Made by a program: the position numbers and the translations under genes
Assembly: GCA_050084985.1 (NCBI GenBank)
Contig: JBITNC010000001.1
Location: forward strand, 74,090,001-74,154,000
Direction of reading: 5' to 3'
Origin: Nageia nagi
Lineage: Eukaryota; Plantae; Pinophyta
Length of the DNA: 64,000 bases
Shown here: piece by piece, positions 12,020 to 23,843 of the stretch
Numbering within the stretch: position 1 is the first letter of the stretch
Layout: each line of letters opens with the position of its first letter
Notes under the pieces: model-generated
Seen by the model: only the letters and a program-made list of their open reading frames with translations
What the model was told of the DNA's origin: nothing
The model's database searches: none

Positions 12020-15000
12020 TAAAGATGATGCAATGCATAATGTACTACTTTACAAAATCTTCACATGCTAAAAACTATTAATAAGCCTTGAGTTAACACT
12101 AAAGTTAAGTACTTCTAACGAGGATGTGCAGCTTAAGGTGGTCCATACTCAAGTAATATTCTTTTTGTATGTAATTTAGTGAATATTTAAAGAAGAGTTT
12201 GATTAATTGAATTAGGTTCCAAGGAAAAATATATAGAAATTTCATTAGTCAAACTCTTGTTATCATCGTTGAGGCAATTCATAAGTTCCATCCTTGGAAC
12301 CTAATTCAATTATACAATAGGATTGAGACCTATGTTATTCCTCCAATTAGGATCATCTTCAAGGTTTATGTTTAATCCTAATTATTTTACCAAGTTGCAT
12401 CCAAACTATAAGGATTCTTTTCATATATAATCCTTTGCTTATTTATATTCAATCCCTTAAGGCAATTGTACCAAATATTAAGTTTGAATCAAAATTTATC
12501 CTAGCCAAGTCATCAAATTTTCCCTTTCAACTTAATATTACACTTCACTTCTTATGTGTTATCAAGTTGATAATTTAAATTTCCATATATTAACACTAGA
12601 TAATTATACTTATTCAATTTAAAAGTATTTAGGGACCTTTGTAAAATTTGAGATTTAGTTTGATTCAATATTCATCCCAGTCATATCATACATTTTTCTC
12701 CTTTTTACTTATTTTTCTATAATACTTATGATAAATCATTATTTATATCATATGTAACTTCTTACCTATTAATGATTACCAAGTTATCTAAATACACCTA
12801 ATTATCACCTTGGTACACTTACAAGTATCTAGGTATTAATATTTTAAATCCTTAATTTTAGACCATACTTATCTAGTTACTAAATGGTTACCTTTATATC
12901 TTGAAAATCCTTTCTATTTGTTAAGTTGGTTTATATTATAAGAAAATTATATAATGCAACCTTAGTTTATGGTTACCTTGGTAACATTAATTCATAATTA
13001 CATAAATTAATATTACAAACTTTATTTGTATTACCACAAACTAAATTGATAAAGGAACATTTTTTTTATTGCATTAAATACCTCTAGGTGTATCTCATAA
13101 AGTGAATCATATCATAACATTCCTTCAATTATTATTAAAAATTTTACATAAGAACCATTCTCTATCATCATGGATACAAACTTTTAAGTGATTGATAGCT
13201 TCATTTTCAACCTCAATTATGTACATGGAGCTCACAATCTTTCAAATATAAGGTAACCCTATTTTACATATCATGGATTATATGCACTTGATTACATATA
13301 TGTTTTCTCACACATAATATACAAAATTTGATTCACATAATTCTAGAGGTATTTGATGTACTTAATTAAATCTTTGTTCATTGGAAGGAGCTCCCTTGCC
13401 ATATTCATTCTTCATGGTCTTCCAATCAACCAAGGCTTGTTGGTGTTAGGTACTAAGAAGGGATTTTGAGTAATTAAGGATCAAGATAGCCCTACCGCCC
13501 CACCCACCCTTTTTTTTACCATAATGTAATATGATTTCAATTACTCTATATTTCATTCAATTGATTTAAATACCCTCTCTATGGACCTCAAGAGGTTTTA
13601 TGTTCTCTCTAGAACTACCTCCCTTCCTTGGTCATATGATAAAATTTTATGACCTAGTCATTACACATAAATTTTACTCAAAATAATGCTATTAATACAT
13701 CATCATTATAGTATAAAATTCATCATGTATAGTACATCCTTAATTATTGATTTCTTTACCATCACTATGGTCTAATTACATAATGTTAGAATATACTATC
13801 CATTTCAATTAAATGATGTTCCATCACATTTCTACTAAGGTTATAATTTCTACTTTCTTTAGAAAACCTTCTTACTCCAATATTAATTTATTTAAAATTA
13901 TTAAAACAAACTTTTATAAACATAAAGGATTTCATAACATTAAAATATGGTGCTTTCTATTGAATATAGGATTCATTTTGTAGTTCTCAAAGGAGTTTGA
14001 CTACATTAATTAATACCTCCAAGGTCTTAGCATTTTAAAACTAACTCTGTTGAGGTCTTATGTAACAATGATAGAACCTTTTAAATGTATAGGTTCATGC
14101 CATAATAAATGGTGTGTGGTCATTTCACTAGAAGCGTAATCTCACCTTGCAAGAAAATAACAAGTAGTCCACCATGATATCTCTCATTCAATGGGTACAC
14201 CTATATTGGTCATGCTAAGGGGATTGGTGCAATTTATTTGTAAATAGTTTCATGTACAATGCATTATGCTTGAGGAAAGTACCTTATACTATTTTGAAAT
14301 CTATTCAAAAGAAGATCTTTTTCAAAACATATATTCATAGTACACATTGGTTTTCAGATGTACAAGCATATGGAATGTTGAAATTCTTGTAATAGATATC
14401 TTGCAAGGTGCATTTCTATGGTGTGAGTCAATCTCAAATAGAATACAGAGTCATTGGTTGTTTCATCATATAAGGAGATGAATACATTCTCAATAGCAAC
14501 TTGCCCATGGATTAAATATGCAAAAATAGACATAAGGGAAGGTTCTACCTCTATCCCATTGCTATGCCACATTATGGATGGATTGAGTGGGGGCTAGACT
14601 TAAGATAAGCACTCCATTTGGATTTGTATTCTAACCAAACAAGATGCCTTAATCCAACACCATATCATAAGCACATCATGTGGTAAATATACAAGGGGAA
14701 GGATAATATACAACTACTCACATCTTTTTCCTACGATGCCATCCCATGGACTCAAAATACATGCAAAAGTTTTATTAGAAGGGCTTGCAAGTTAGGCGAG
14801 AAGATAAAAGAGAGATTCAAGATCTTCATTAACATAACTCTCATGACCTTTTATGATGTAGGACATTTAATGGCTAGTATTTTCCATCAATATGACTAAT
14901 TGATATGCCACATAAAAATGGGTACCCAAAACTTCCCCACCAAAAAAATTGATTTTAAAATAATAAATTTTAACCCTCTTTAACTATAAAGGAACAAGGA

Positions 15001-16159
15001 GTACAAAACCATCACATGTAAGAATATCAAATAAAATAAATAATATTTCTTTTCAAATTACAAAAAGTGTAAGACTTTTACCAATAATTAATTTCATTAT
15101 TATGTTTATAAACCTTTATCAAGCATTCCTTTCTTCAAAACATACTAAATAATACCAAATATATTCACAATGTAGCTAGGCATTTTAGCATTAATATCTA
15201 AAATACAAAGGAGAGCACCTAGGATTGAGAGGAGAGGATCCCTTTCTCCATAGAATTCTAGGCATAATAGAAAAAAATTAATGTTATGATGATTCCCTTT
15301 TTGAAGGGCTTACCCAAGTATTATTAGCTAGAAGTTGCTATAATATTTCCAAAATATGTTTAGTCATCCAACTCAATAATTTTTGTTTGGATGGTGTAGG
15401 TATTTTCTTTTGTGTGGTAGGTCTCAAATAATTTTGTTGCCAAGTATGGTATCATACAAACTATTTTGAACACTTTATATTAGATTATAAAACATCCCTA
15501 ATTATTTTATGCACATAACATAAGGAAATAATTTGTGTGTGGACTCCATTCTCCATTATTTTCACAAAATTTGAAAACACCCTTGTAACCTTCACAACAT
15601 GAAAAATAATCCTTTTAACTATAATTTTTAATTTCACCCAATTTTACTAAAATCCTTAGGTGAAAAATTTAAATTCAAATGAATAGAGTATGCCATGCCT
15701 CATTTAAAGATAGTCAATAAATTTTGAAAATGAACATCAAATTTTTAACACTTAGTTCTACCTATGGTGATCCCTTCGACCTGCAAGGTAAATTCATTAG
15801 TACACACACACATTTACAATATGAAAATAGAATATTATGCATAATAATTATGGTATGCATCTATATGATCTATCATGATCATTAGGGTTTATCAACAAAT
15901 CAACACCAATCATTTCCTCACTCTTAACCATCTATTCCTGTAACCAACTCACCTTTGGTCCCTTGGGTCTTTAACCTTACTTCCTATCTCAAGTCAATTT
16001 GTAACATGTATCATAAAATATCAAATCCAACATCAAATCGATGCAAATAATGCATATATCCATTAAAAATTACTCATTTCACATTATAAATAGTCTTGAT
16101 CACATTCAAATCCTTGATGGTGTTCGAGTCTTAATAATGCAATTGGGAAGGTCATTACA

Positions 16160-16580
16160 TATAGTAAATATTATTCTTACACAATAAGAGGTTAGAGTGA
16201 ATCATGGTTCATGGATTGGAAAAATTTAAGAATATCATATTATATTCAACATAGTTAATATGTACATGGATTAGATCTTTGCCAACATTAGCCAACATAA
16301 CTCCCATTGGAGAAGATGTGTCATCAAATATTTTTGTAGGTAATGAAAATCTCAATTTTTATGATGATATTGTTAATTATTTTAGGATAGATTCAGTTCC
16401 ATATCAAATTTAGTTCAATCACAATTGAGAATTGAAAGTAAAATTAGGGAAGTAGTAAAGTAATTTGTATTCTTTATTTATATACTTCATGATCAAAAGG
16501 AGAAAATAGTAAAGTAATTTCATGATAGTGTTTCATGAAGAAATGAAATTAAATGAAATATTATTAATGTCCATGGTGGG
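16160..16580 (+). pseudogene. Highly decayed Tat/Athila-type pol fragment (RNase H end to integrase start)
   Basis: VNIILTQ*EVRVNHGSWIGKI*EY and FYDDIVNYF resemble the equivalent pol region at ~55720-55990. It begins right after the LTR-like terminus GTCATTACA (16159). Confidence 0.6.
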
Positions 16581-16849
16581 TCAAAAATGAACCAAGGGAT
16601 TGGAAAAATAGGACAATGATAACTACAAGTACGTGGGCCAAAAGTACCCAACCAAAGAGAAAATAGAAAATAAATATGAAGAAAGTAAAATATGCTATGA
16701 AAAGATGAGAAAACATCTAGAATTAATCCCTTCTAACATCATATACATATGAATCACTATTGAAAAAATTATTGATTTATCATTATCCATCACTGATCTA
16801 GAGTCTCAATGTTCCACTACTATGTTATCTAGTTACCCTATTGTTGTAT

Positions 16850-19800
16850 AAATGATTTGATGCTTATCATTTTCATACAACTTCTATATCCACACTCAAT
16901 CTATTAGAACTTGTGAAGTATTTTATGATAAGCCAAGATTGTACGGGATGAGAGGCATTGAGATGAGAGCTCTATTGTTGACAAAAATAGATTGCTTCTG
17001 TAATGTAAAGTTCAAGATAATGTTTGTCCTTATGATTGAAAAATATTGATATAAAGCATGATTCACTCTTGAAGAGACAATAAAATTTGTCTCTTATTTC
17101 ATAATATATAGGATAATAGATAATGAAATGATGCAGAGTTTCTACTTCTCCCAGAAAATAAGATATACATATCCACTCCTCCCTTCATATATGGCGATCT
17201 GTTTTAGCTTGAAGATGATGAAAGCATACTCAAAGCTACCTAATGGAGACATGTATTCCATGCATCATAAATTGTTAGAGGTATTGAGGAGGCACTATTT
17301 GACCATCTTAGATATAGAGAAAATACTCATGATAAAAGGATAGTTTGGGGAGAGGGGAATAATGGGAGAGATCCAAGTGCAATGGATATAATGGAGAGTG
17401 ATATCTTTTCAGATCTTATAAAGTATATTTTCCTTCTTATTCCATGATGGTGGCTAGGGAGCTCCAAGGGCGTAAGGAGGAAGTCTATCAATATGAATCT
17501 AAATACTTTCTAGAAGTATAGATACTTCAAAATACCACCCCCTCTGTCTCCTCCTTAAACTCAAAGAAAGGACTAGCAAAGAGAATAAAGCAAGGTAAGG
17601 GTATCTTTTATACCTGAAAGGGGTATCTACCATAATGCAAAGCTTATGAAGATAGGTAATGATATTCAAGATAATCTTCATCTCAATGGGTGAAGCTCCA
17701 AACTCTACAAGGATAATGGAGTGATGGACAATGTGTTTGCACCATATAAACCTTCGAAGAAAAAGTGTCTATACTTATTCAACATGAGAACATTCAATCA
17801 GATGAAGACTAGTATCCCATATCTCTGAACCATAAGTAATAGTTGCCTTAACCAAGGTATAAAAGATCTTCATTCGAAATGAGATGTCTTGAAATTGAGC
17901 TTTGAAGCAACTTTGCTTGAGTAGGAAAAAAATTCCATATCCCTTACAAATGGGAGCTTGGGTAGAAGTCTTCATCTAAAATGTGGGCCAAGTGAAAAGA
18001 ACTCCGAGGTACACATAGGAGTAGATGTGATCTCTACTAGTCATCCTTGGAGATAAAAATGAATATGGGATATATCCTCTTTAGTAGTATTGAATATCAT
18101 GACCCTTAACTTGATAAGGTTCACTAAAAACTATATTAGAGTAAAAAAATCTACTAGTACATCCAATTATCATTGGATTGTCTCAATAGTTAAAGCTAAA
18201 AGGATAACAACATCAACAAAAAGAAGAAGAGAGATCAAAACTTTTTGAAGTAAGCATTGATCATCTATATGTGTATGTGCTTGAAGAAAAGACTCAAGCT
18301 TATATATGAAAATATCAAAGAGTCTTGATATAAGGTGGCAGCCCTATGTCACTCATATAGTACTAATAATACTATAAGAGAGTCCTTGAGAGGAGGAAAA
18401 GTGTCCAATCATTGAAACATACAATCTAGAGATTATTGTAAGAAGTTCTCTAGATATGCCAACTAACTAGAGTCTCTCAAATAGTGCATCTCAAGGCCTA
18501 ATATCAAAGGCTTTTTTTAAAATCCATAAAGCAATAGAAGAATTTCAAAAATCTGTAGCATACCTCCTCTATGATATCTCTAAGAACTAAGATATGGTAT
18601 GTAGTCTAGTAGTCTTAGTGAAAACTAACTTCGCATATGGCCCAAAAATGTCTTTCCTCTTCCAATTTACAAGATAGAAGTTCATCTAATGTTGTGGCAT
18701 AAAGCTTGGCAATGATATGCCCAAACTTGATGGTCCTGTAGTTATTGGGTTCATGTCAATCCTCTACTTTGTGAATGGGATGGATTATATGCTGAATTCA
18801 TGATTCGGTAAATCCTAAGAAAATAATGAGATTGAAGATATCAATAAGGGGCCCAATAAGTAAGACAATACCATGCTTCAAAAAATCTACCTATCTAGCT
18901 CTACTACTTTTCTCATACAAAGTTTTGTAATAGCCTTCTTGATAAGTTTGGTAGTGAATATGTGGCAAGAAGTGGAGGAGGAGACAATATAATATGAGGC
19001 TAGTTAGGGATGGTATAGAATGATGAAGCATAGGAGGCCCAAATCAAAAGACTAATCTCATAGTTGGTATGATATCTAGGGATGATATAGCACAAAAATG
19101 ATTTAGGAGAATGTTGGAGTGATTGAATAAGATCAAATCTACACTGAGAGATAAATAGATAGTTTTTCTTTTGAAGAAACATCTTGTAGGCTTTATGAGA
19201 AGTAGTCATGAGATGGGGAGAGAAATAAATTGTATATTTTAATGTTCGATGAGCAAGTTTGCATTCCTTATCCCACCACATATTCATGGAGAAATGGCCA
19301 GGAGGATGTGGATGGGGACGGTATCATATGTAGTGAGGATAAGAGTCCAAAGGAGCTATCTAGAGTGCCTTGAGTAAAAAAATGGAGTGATCAGTAACAA
19401 TCGAAAGAGAAGGAGAGCTAGACAAAATATGATGTAAAAGATCTATATAGGCAATGGAGTAATGATAGTCAAAGTTTATAATAGCTCAAGGGAAGGAAGT
19501 GGAGGAAAGAGATGGTGGAGTATGAGATGTGGTAGTAACAAGTGTAAGCGAGAGTACAAAGTGGTTAGTGATAGGATGAGGGTAATAAGAGATCTTGTAG
19601 TGAGAAGTGGATGGAATGAGAGAAATGGAAGAAAAAATATAGTTTATTGTACTAGCTCCATCACTACGATCAAAATAAGTGAGCCTTTTAGACTCATGAA
19701 AGCAAGGTAACCTGTTGAGGATAAAGAGCCTATTGGATTCTCCAACTCTTGAAGATGCTTCCTATAAGTAGTAATTTGTGTATCAATAGAGGATCTAATA

Positions 19801-20035
19801 AAGCCAACAAGTTCATCAGGGTCAAACTCATAGGTCTTCATATCATCCTCTATGATGTCATGGAGAGGAACTTGTAGAGTACTGGTCCGAGCATTAAAAT
19901 CTACCATCAATAACACTTCACCTATATTTTAATGCCTATTAATATCCTCATAGAGATCATGGATATGCATATCAAAATTCAATGTGATGGGAGGAAAGTA
20001 ACAAATAGCAATGAAAATTCTCCGATAACCATTCC
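16850..20035 (-). mobile_element. 5'-truncated non-LTR retrotransposon (LINE ORF2: APE endonuclease + RT + decayed C-terminal Cys/His motif), RTEX-like
   Basis: EN: IFIAICYFPP, VDFNART. Linker: WWDKECK. RT: NNYRTIKFGHIIAKLYAT, FYCFMDF/KAFD, LLFVDV (YADD position), YVYLGVLF, FYTLVKATITYGSEIW. C-terminus: VCFHHLQAKTDR..WICISY..EVETLHHFIIYYPIYYEIRDKF. Ends approximate. Confidence 0.85.
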
Positions 20036-20039
20036 ATAA

Positions 20040-20480
20040 GGAATTTTACAATACTGTTTCAAGATTGTTATAATTATGATGGAAGTTGTAGATTAACCCA
20101 TAATTTGGAAATAACCACTATTACATTCTCATAATAATTGATTATTTCACAAGTGGACTAAATCCATTCTAACTACCTAAAAAGCATCCATTGTTATAAT
20201 TGAATTTTTGGAAAAGGAGAGTTACTTTATAATTTCTATTCCAATTAATTTAATAATTGATAGTATTATTTATATTTTGATTTAACATAATTCATTAATC
20301 GTAGTTTACAATATAATGTATGAATCAAGAATATTTTAAATTATTACCTACAAAGAAATCGTTTGATCAAATCAACAAACAAAACTCTTTGGAAGAATAA
20401 TCTCAAAAATCTTGTAATAAAATAAGAGAAACTAGCATAACAAGCTACACTTAACCTTATCGCTGATAGAATAACCACTA
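20040..20480 (+). pseudogene. Decayed Tat/Athila-type integrase core fragment
   Basis: IIIDYFT-WTKSI (cf. AIDYFTKWxEA), NRLIKSTNKTL (cf. NGLxESTNKTL), ADRIT. Confidence 0.7.
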
Positions 20481-20544
20481 TAAATAAAAACACTGTTACG
20501 CAGGCACATTAGGTGATCATTTTAATTTTTCATTGCTTCCATCA

Positions 20545-20848
20545 CACGGTTTAATTGCTATGCACAAACCGGGTTTCCTGAACAATGTATGTAAATTCTA
20601 TATGTAAAGCCAAATTCTACAACATTTACCGGTATTCTTCAAGCATATGCCACCATGGGAGCTCTAGAAAAAGGTATGGACACCCATCAAAGAGTAATTG
20701 AAAATGGTTTTTCATAGAATGTTTTGGTTGTGAGTTCCCTACTAGGCATGTATGCAAAACTCGCAGAATACACAAGGCCCTAAAATTGCTTGAATTATTC
20801 AAGTTGCAAACAAAGTTTAATGGAATGCAATGATTGAAGGATATGTGT
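20545..20848 (+). pseudogene. PLS-class pentatricopeptide-repeat (PPR) gene fragment
   Basis: YAQTGFPEQ..VKPNSTTFTGILQAYATMGALEKGMDTHQRVIENGFS*NVLVVSSLLGMYAK/RIHKALKL..WNAMIEGY. These are P-L-S-type motifs with a stop and frameshifts. Confidence 0.88.
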
Positions 20849-21504
20849 TTAATCTTTGTACCAGCCAATCATGAGGGTGTTGGGTTTTTTCTTACTGTAA
20901 ACATATAAATTTTCATCTGGGGTGAACGAACAGCTTCTGAATTTGCTGTGACATCCGTGGACCCTCTAGTTCAACATTTTTAAAGAGCACTAAATCGATA
21001 CAGTGGCCATGAAGGGGACCATCTTGTACTGAATCTTGTATTGTGTTATCTAATTCAAAAGCTGCATGGTTTCCGTGTTTCCATTATAATAATCCCCATG
21101 ACTATCTGGCCTCCTAAACGCGGTCCCAATTTGCTACTGTGGCATAGGGGATTCGCTGCAATCTGGGTTGTGGGTGTTTAAGATCCTGTTTAGCCACCGC
21201 CCATAATAATTCGTTGAGATGAAAGAGAATATAGTCTAGTCGTTTTGCATTCATGGCTATGTTGATGTATTGGGATTGTGGGCGACATAAAAGTAGCAAA
21301 AGCTACTCAACATCAATGTTTTGTAAGGAAGCCCAGTAATGCGTTGCGGATGGCAGTGTACCCTTGAAACTTGCTAAATCCTTGAAGCTAATTATAAACA
21401 TAGCAGTGAGAGAAAAGGCTTGTAGATTTCGGATTCCCAGAGTGGCGGAATTTGATCCAGTTCTTATATTTTTACATAAGGGAGTCAGTTCAGAGAGGTG
21501 CTGA

Positions 21505-22946
21505 ATGGGTACCGCCACATCAACCAAGAAATCCTCAAATTTAGGAAATTTGATACAAAAAGTTGCTGGGTCTTGTCTGTTCCATCCTGTGGGTGGGACA
21601 ATTCTAGACGTTCGTTCCAATGGCATCTTCTCTTCGGACGATGAAGGCGAACTGAAAAACACGCACTTTAAAGCAGGAAGCAATCGACTCGGCCGATGCG
21701 ACTCCATTGAAGTACGGCCATTAGAGACCGGTGATTACGAAAAGCTATTACAGAGACTCCATGGCATGGAAGCCCTCATTGCAGAGGTTTTCGACACTGC
21801 TACCAATCTCAAAAAAGCCTATATTCGTCTCCAAGTAGCACATAATCCCTATGATCCCGAGAAGCTTCATGTTGCCGACACTGCGGTCGTTGCAGAGCTG
21901 CGGAGAATGTCTGAGCTCAAGCAGTCCCATAGGAAGCTCAACGGCTTAAACTGCTCCTTTGCCCGCACTCTCAACGGAAATTTACCAGAAATCGATGAGC
22001 AGAAAAAGATTTTCGAGGCGTACGAAGATGTGGTGAAGGATCTGAAAGCTGATGTCAAGGAAAAGGATACTCAGATCGAATTGCTGAAGAGAAATCTGCG
22101 AGAATCAAGTATAGAGAAGGAGAAATTAGAAAGACGACTGAAAAAACTGGGGAATATAGATGCTGATGGAGTTCCAATGTGGGGAGTCTTCCCCGAATCT
22201 CCGACAGCCGAGCTCTTCAAATCCATGGTAGACCATGTCAAGGAACATTCTCGAAGCTTCACGAAACTGTTGATTTCTCTCATGGGGGTAGCAAAATGGG
22301 ACATCGGCGCAGCCGCAGCTTCCATTACACCGGGGTCGTCTACAGAAAACCTTCCCACAAAAAATACGCATTCGAGTCCTATTTATGCAAAAGAATGCTT
22401 CATGGATTCGAGAACGAATCCTTCTACATAAGTGGTAGCCTTTCGTCTCTCCTGGACCCTGAAAACCATCGTCGGGAATGCTTCTCCCAGTTCCGCCACA
22501 TGCTCTCCGTCGAGCCCATGGAGATTCTCAACATAACGCCTGACTGCCCCCTTGGCAAATTCTGCAACAAGAAGTACCTTCGGATCGTGCATCCCAAAAT
22601 GGAGGAAGCTTTCTTCGGGAATTTCGAGCATAGGAGTCATGTTGTGAATGGAAAGCATCCCACTTCGGAGTTCTATCAGAATTTCTTGAAGTTCGCCAAG
22701 GCTGTTTGGGTTCTGCACAGGCTGGCCTTCTCTTTCAACCGTGTGCCAAACTCTTTCAACGTTAAAATGAATTCTGTGTTTCTGGAGTCTGACATGGAAA
22801 GTGTGCTTTCCGTAAATGATTTAGATGGAGTTCCATTGGTGGCCTTCACCATATCTCCTGGTTTTAAGCTTGTGGAGGATCTTATCGTCAAGCCCAGAGT
22901 ATATGTCGTGGGCAAGCAAGGCGAGAATCATGGAGACTTTAGTTAG
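21505..22946 (+). CDS. GIL1: GRAVITROPIC IN THE LIGHT 1-like protein (DUF641 + coiled coil + GIL1/IRKI C-terminal domain), intronless CDS; 480 aa if one G is restored at 22332-22335
   Basis: N-terminal SNLGNLIQKVAGSCLFHP. DUF641 MEALIAEVFDTATNLKKAYIRLQVAHNPYDPEKLHVADTAVVAELRRMSELK. WDIGAAA. C-terminal HKKYAFESYLC, FCNKKYLRIVHPKMEEAFFG, HPTSEFYQNFLKFAKAVWVLHRLAFSF. Split over ORFs 21505..22431 and 22179..22946 by a single frameshift. Confidence 0.9.
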
Positions 22947-23496
22947 GCCTGCTATTCTAATGGTACAGTACAAGATGGGTGCAACTTATTGGAAACTGTA
23001 ATTGACCATTTTCTTAATAAGATTCATGCCTCGATTCTAATTTTGGTATAAATCATGTAGTATATGGAGTAGAGCATCTTTTCTGTAACTTTTCTATCCA
23101 TATGAATACAGCAGCAAACAAAACCAGGCAGTGACAAATGTCTTCTGTTTACTTGGTATTCTAATGTCCAGTATGAAACTCCTGGATTAGAACTGGCTGA
23201 TGCAATTAGTAATGTTCTTTCATATACGTAAATGTCGATGGTTACATCTCATTCTCCATTAAAAACTTGTTCGAAAGTTTTTATATTTGTTCAAATAAAA
23301 CTACTAATATTGTTTTTCACACCATCTTTTATTAGTTAATTATAAAATCATATAATTTATAATAAGTAAATAAAAGTAGACGCTAGTCAAAGGGTTTGTA
23401 AGTTGTAGAATTACATCTACCTGCCCTAACTTTTTACTGATGTATAAATTATTATATATAAGTAATATAATTATTTTCATTTTCTCCCTCTTATCA

Positions 23497-23843
23497 TGTT
23501 ATAAGAGCAAGTTAATCTTAGGTATGTTAATATAGATGTAACCTCAATCATGTGCTTATTAATATTTTAATATTTATGAATACTTAGACAATGTTCTTAA
23601 TATATATTTTTAATGTGAATATATACATAGATTGATAATAATCGACTATTAACATTACAATCTATTGTTTGTATAATTCAATACTATGAGTTATATGATA
23701 TAGATAGAACTTTATATGTCTATTTAAAGGATACTTATGCTACATATTGTAAGCATCCAATAAATCATCATGAAAGTATTTCCATTGAGATACTTTTTAG
23801 GGTTGAACAATATCACTTGCTTAATTTAAGATGGTACCAAAGC
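23497..23843 (+). mobile_element. Probable Ty1/copia 5' LTR with degenerate Met PBS
   Basis: TGTTA start at 23497, internal TATTTAAAG and AATAAA, and TGGTACCAAAGC at 23832-23843 (cf. TGGTATCAGAGC). Confidence 0.55.

Larger units (their letters stand above)
1..13665 (-). mobile_element. Ty3/gypsy chromovirus, Tekay/Del-like, degenerate; 3' part runs off the window; 5' LTR interrupted by a nested element
   Basis: Minus-strand remnants in gypsy order: gag (4201-4497), protease (MIDYGAIYSFIS, 3578-3799), RT ([43 protein letters not shown]), RNase H (YATHDLELVAIVHALKMWQHY) and integrase (MDFIVGF). Met-tRNA PBS at 5250-5257 lies next to LTR end TGTAATG at 5259. A matching terminus CATTACA ends at 13665; an alternative ends at 16159. 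Confidence 0.85.
5259..13665 (-). repeat. 5' LTR of the Tekay-like element (~2.6 kb once the nested insertion is removed)
   Basis: Inverted termini TGTAATG (5259) and CATTACA (ending 13665). No second LTR in the window to confirm the distal end. Confidence 0.55.

Noticed and set aside
14040-14900. Protein-like ORF 14354..14572
   Set aside because: No recognisable motif found on manual translation; cannot support a call.
22321-22345. Programmed ribosomal frameshift or tiny intron in GIL1
   Set aside because: No X XXY YYZ slippery heptamer, and protein similarity is continuous across the site, leaving no room for an intron.
21303-22915. Minus-strand ORFs overlapping GIL1 (21303..21707, 22071..22358, 22383..22718 and others)
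   Set aside because: Shadow ORFs expected opposite a GC-richer coding sequence; no recognisable motifs.
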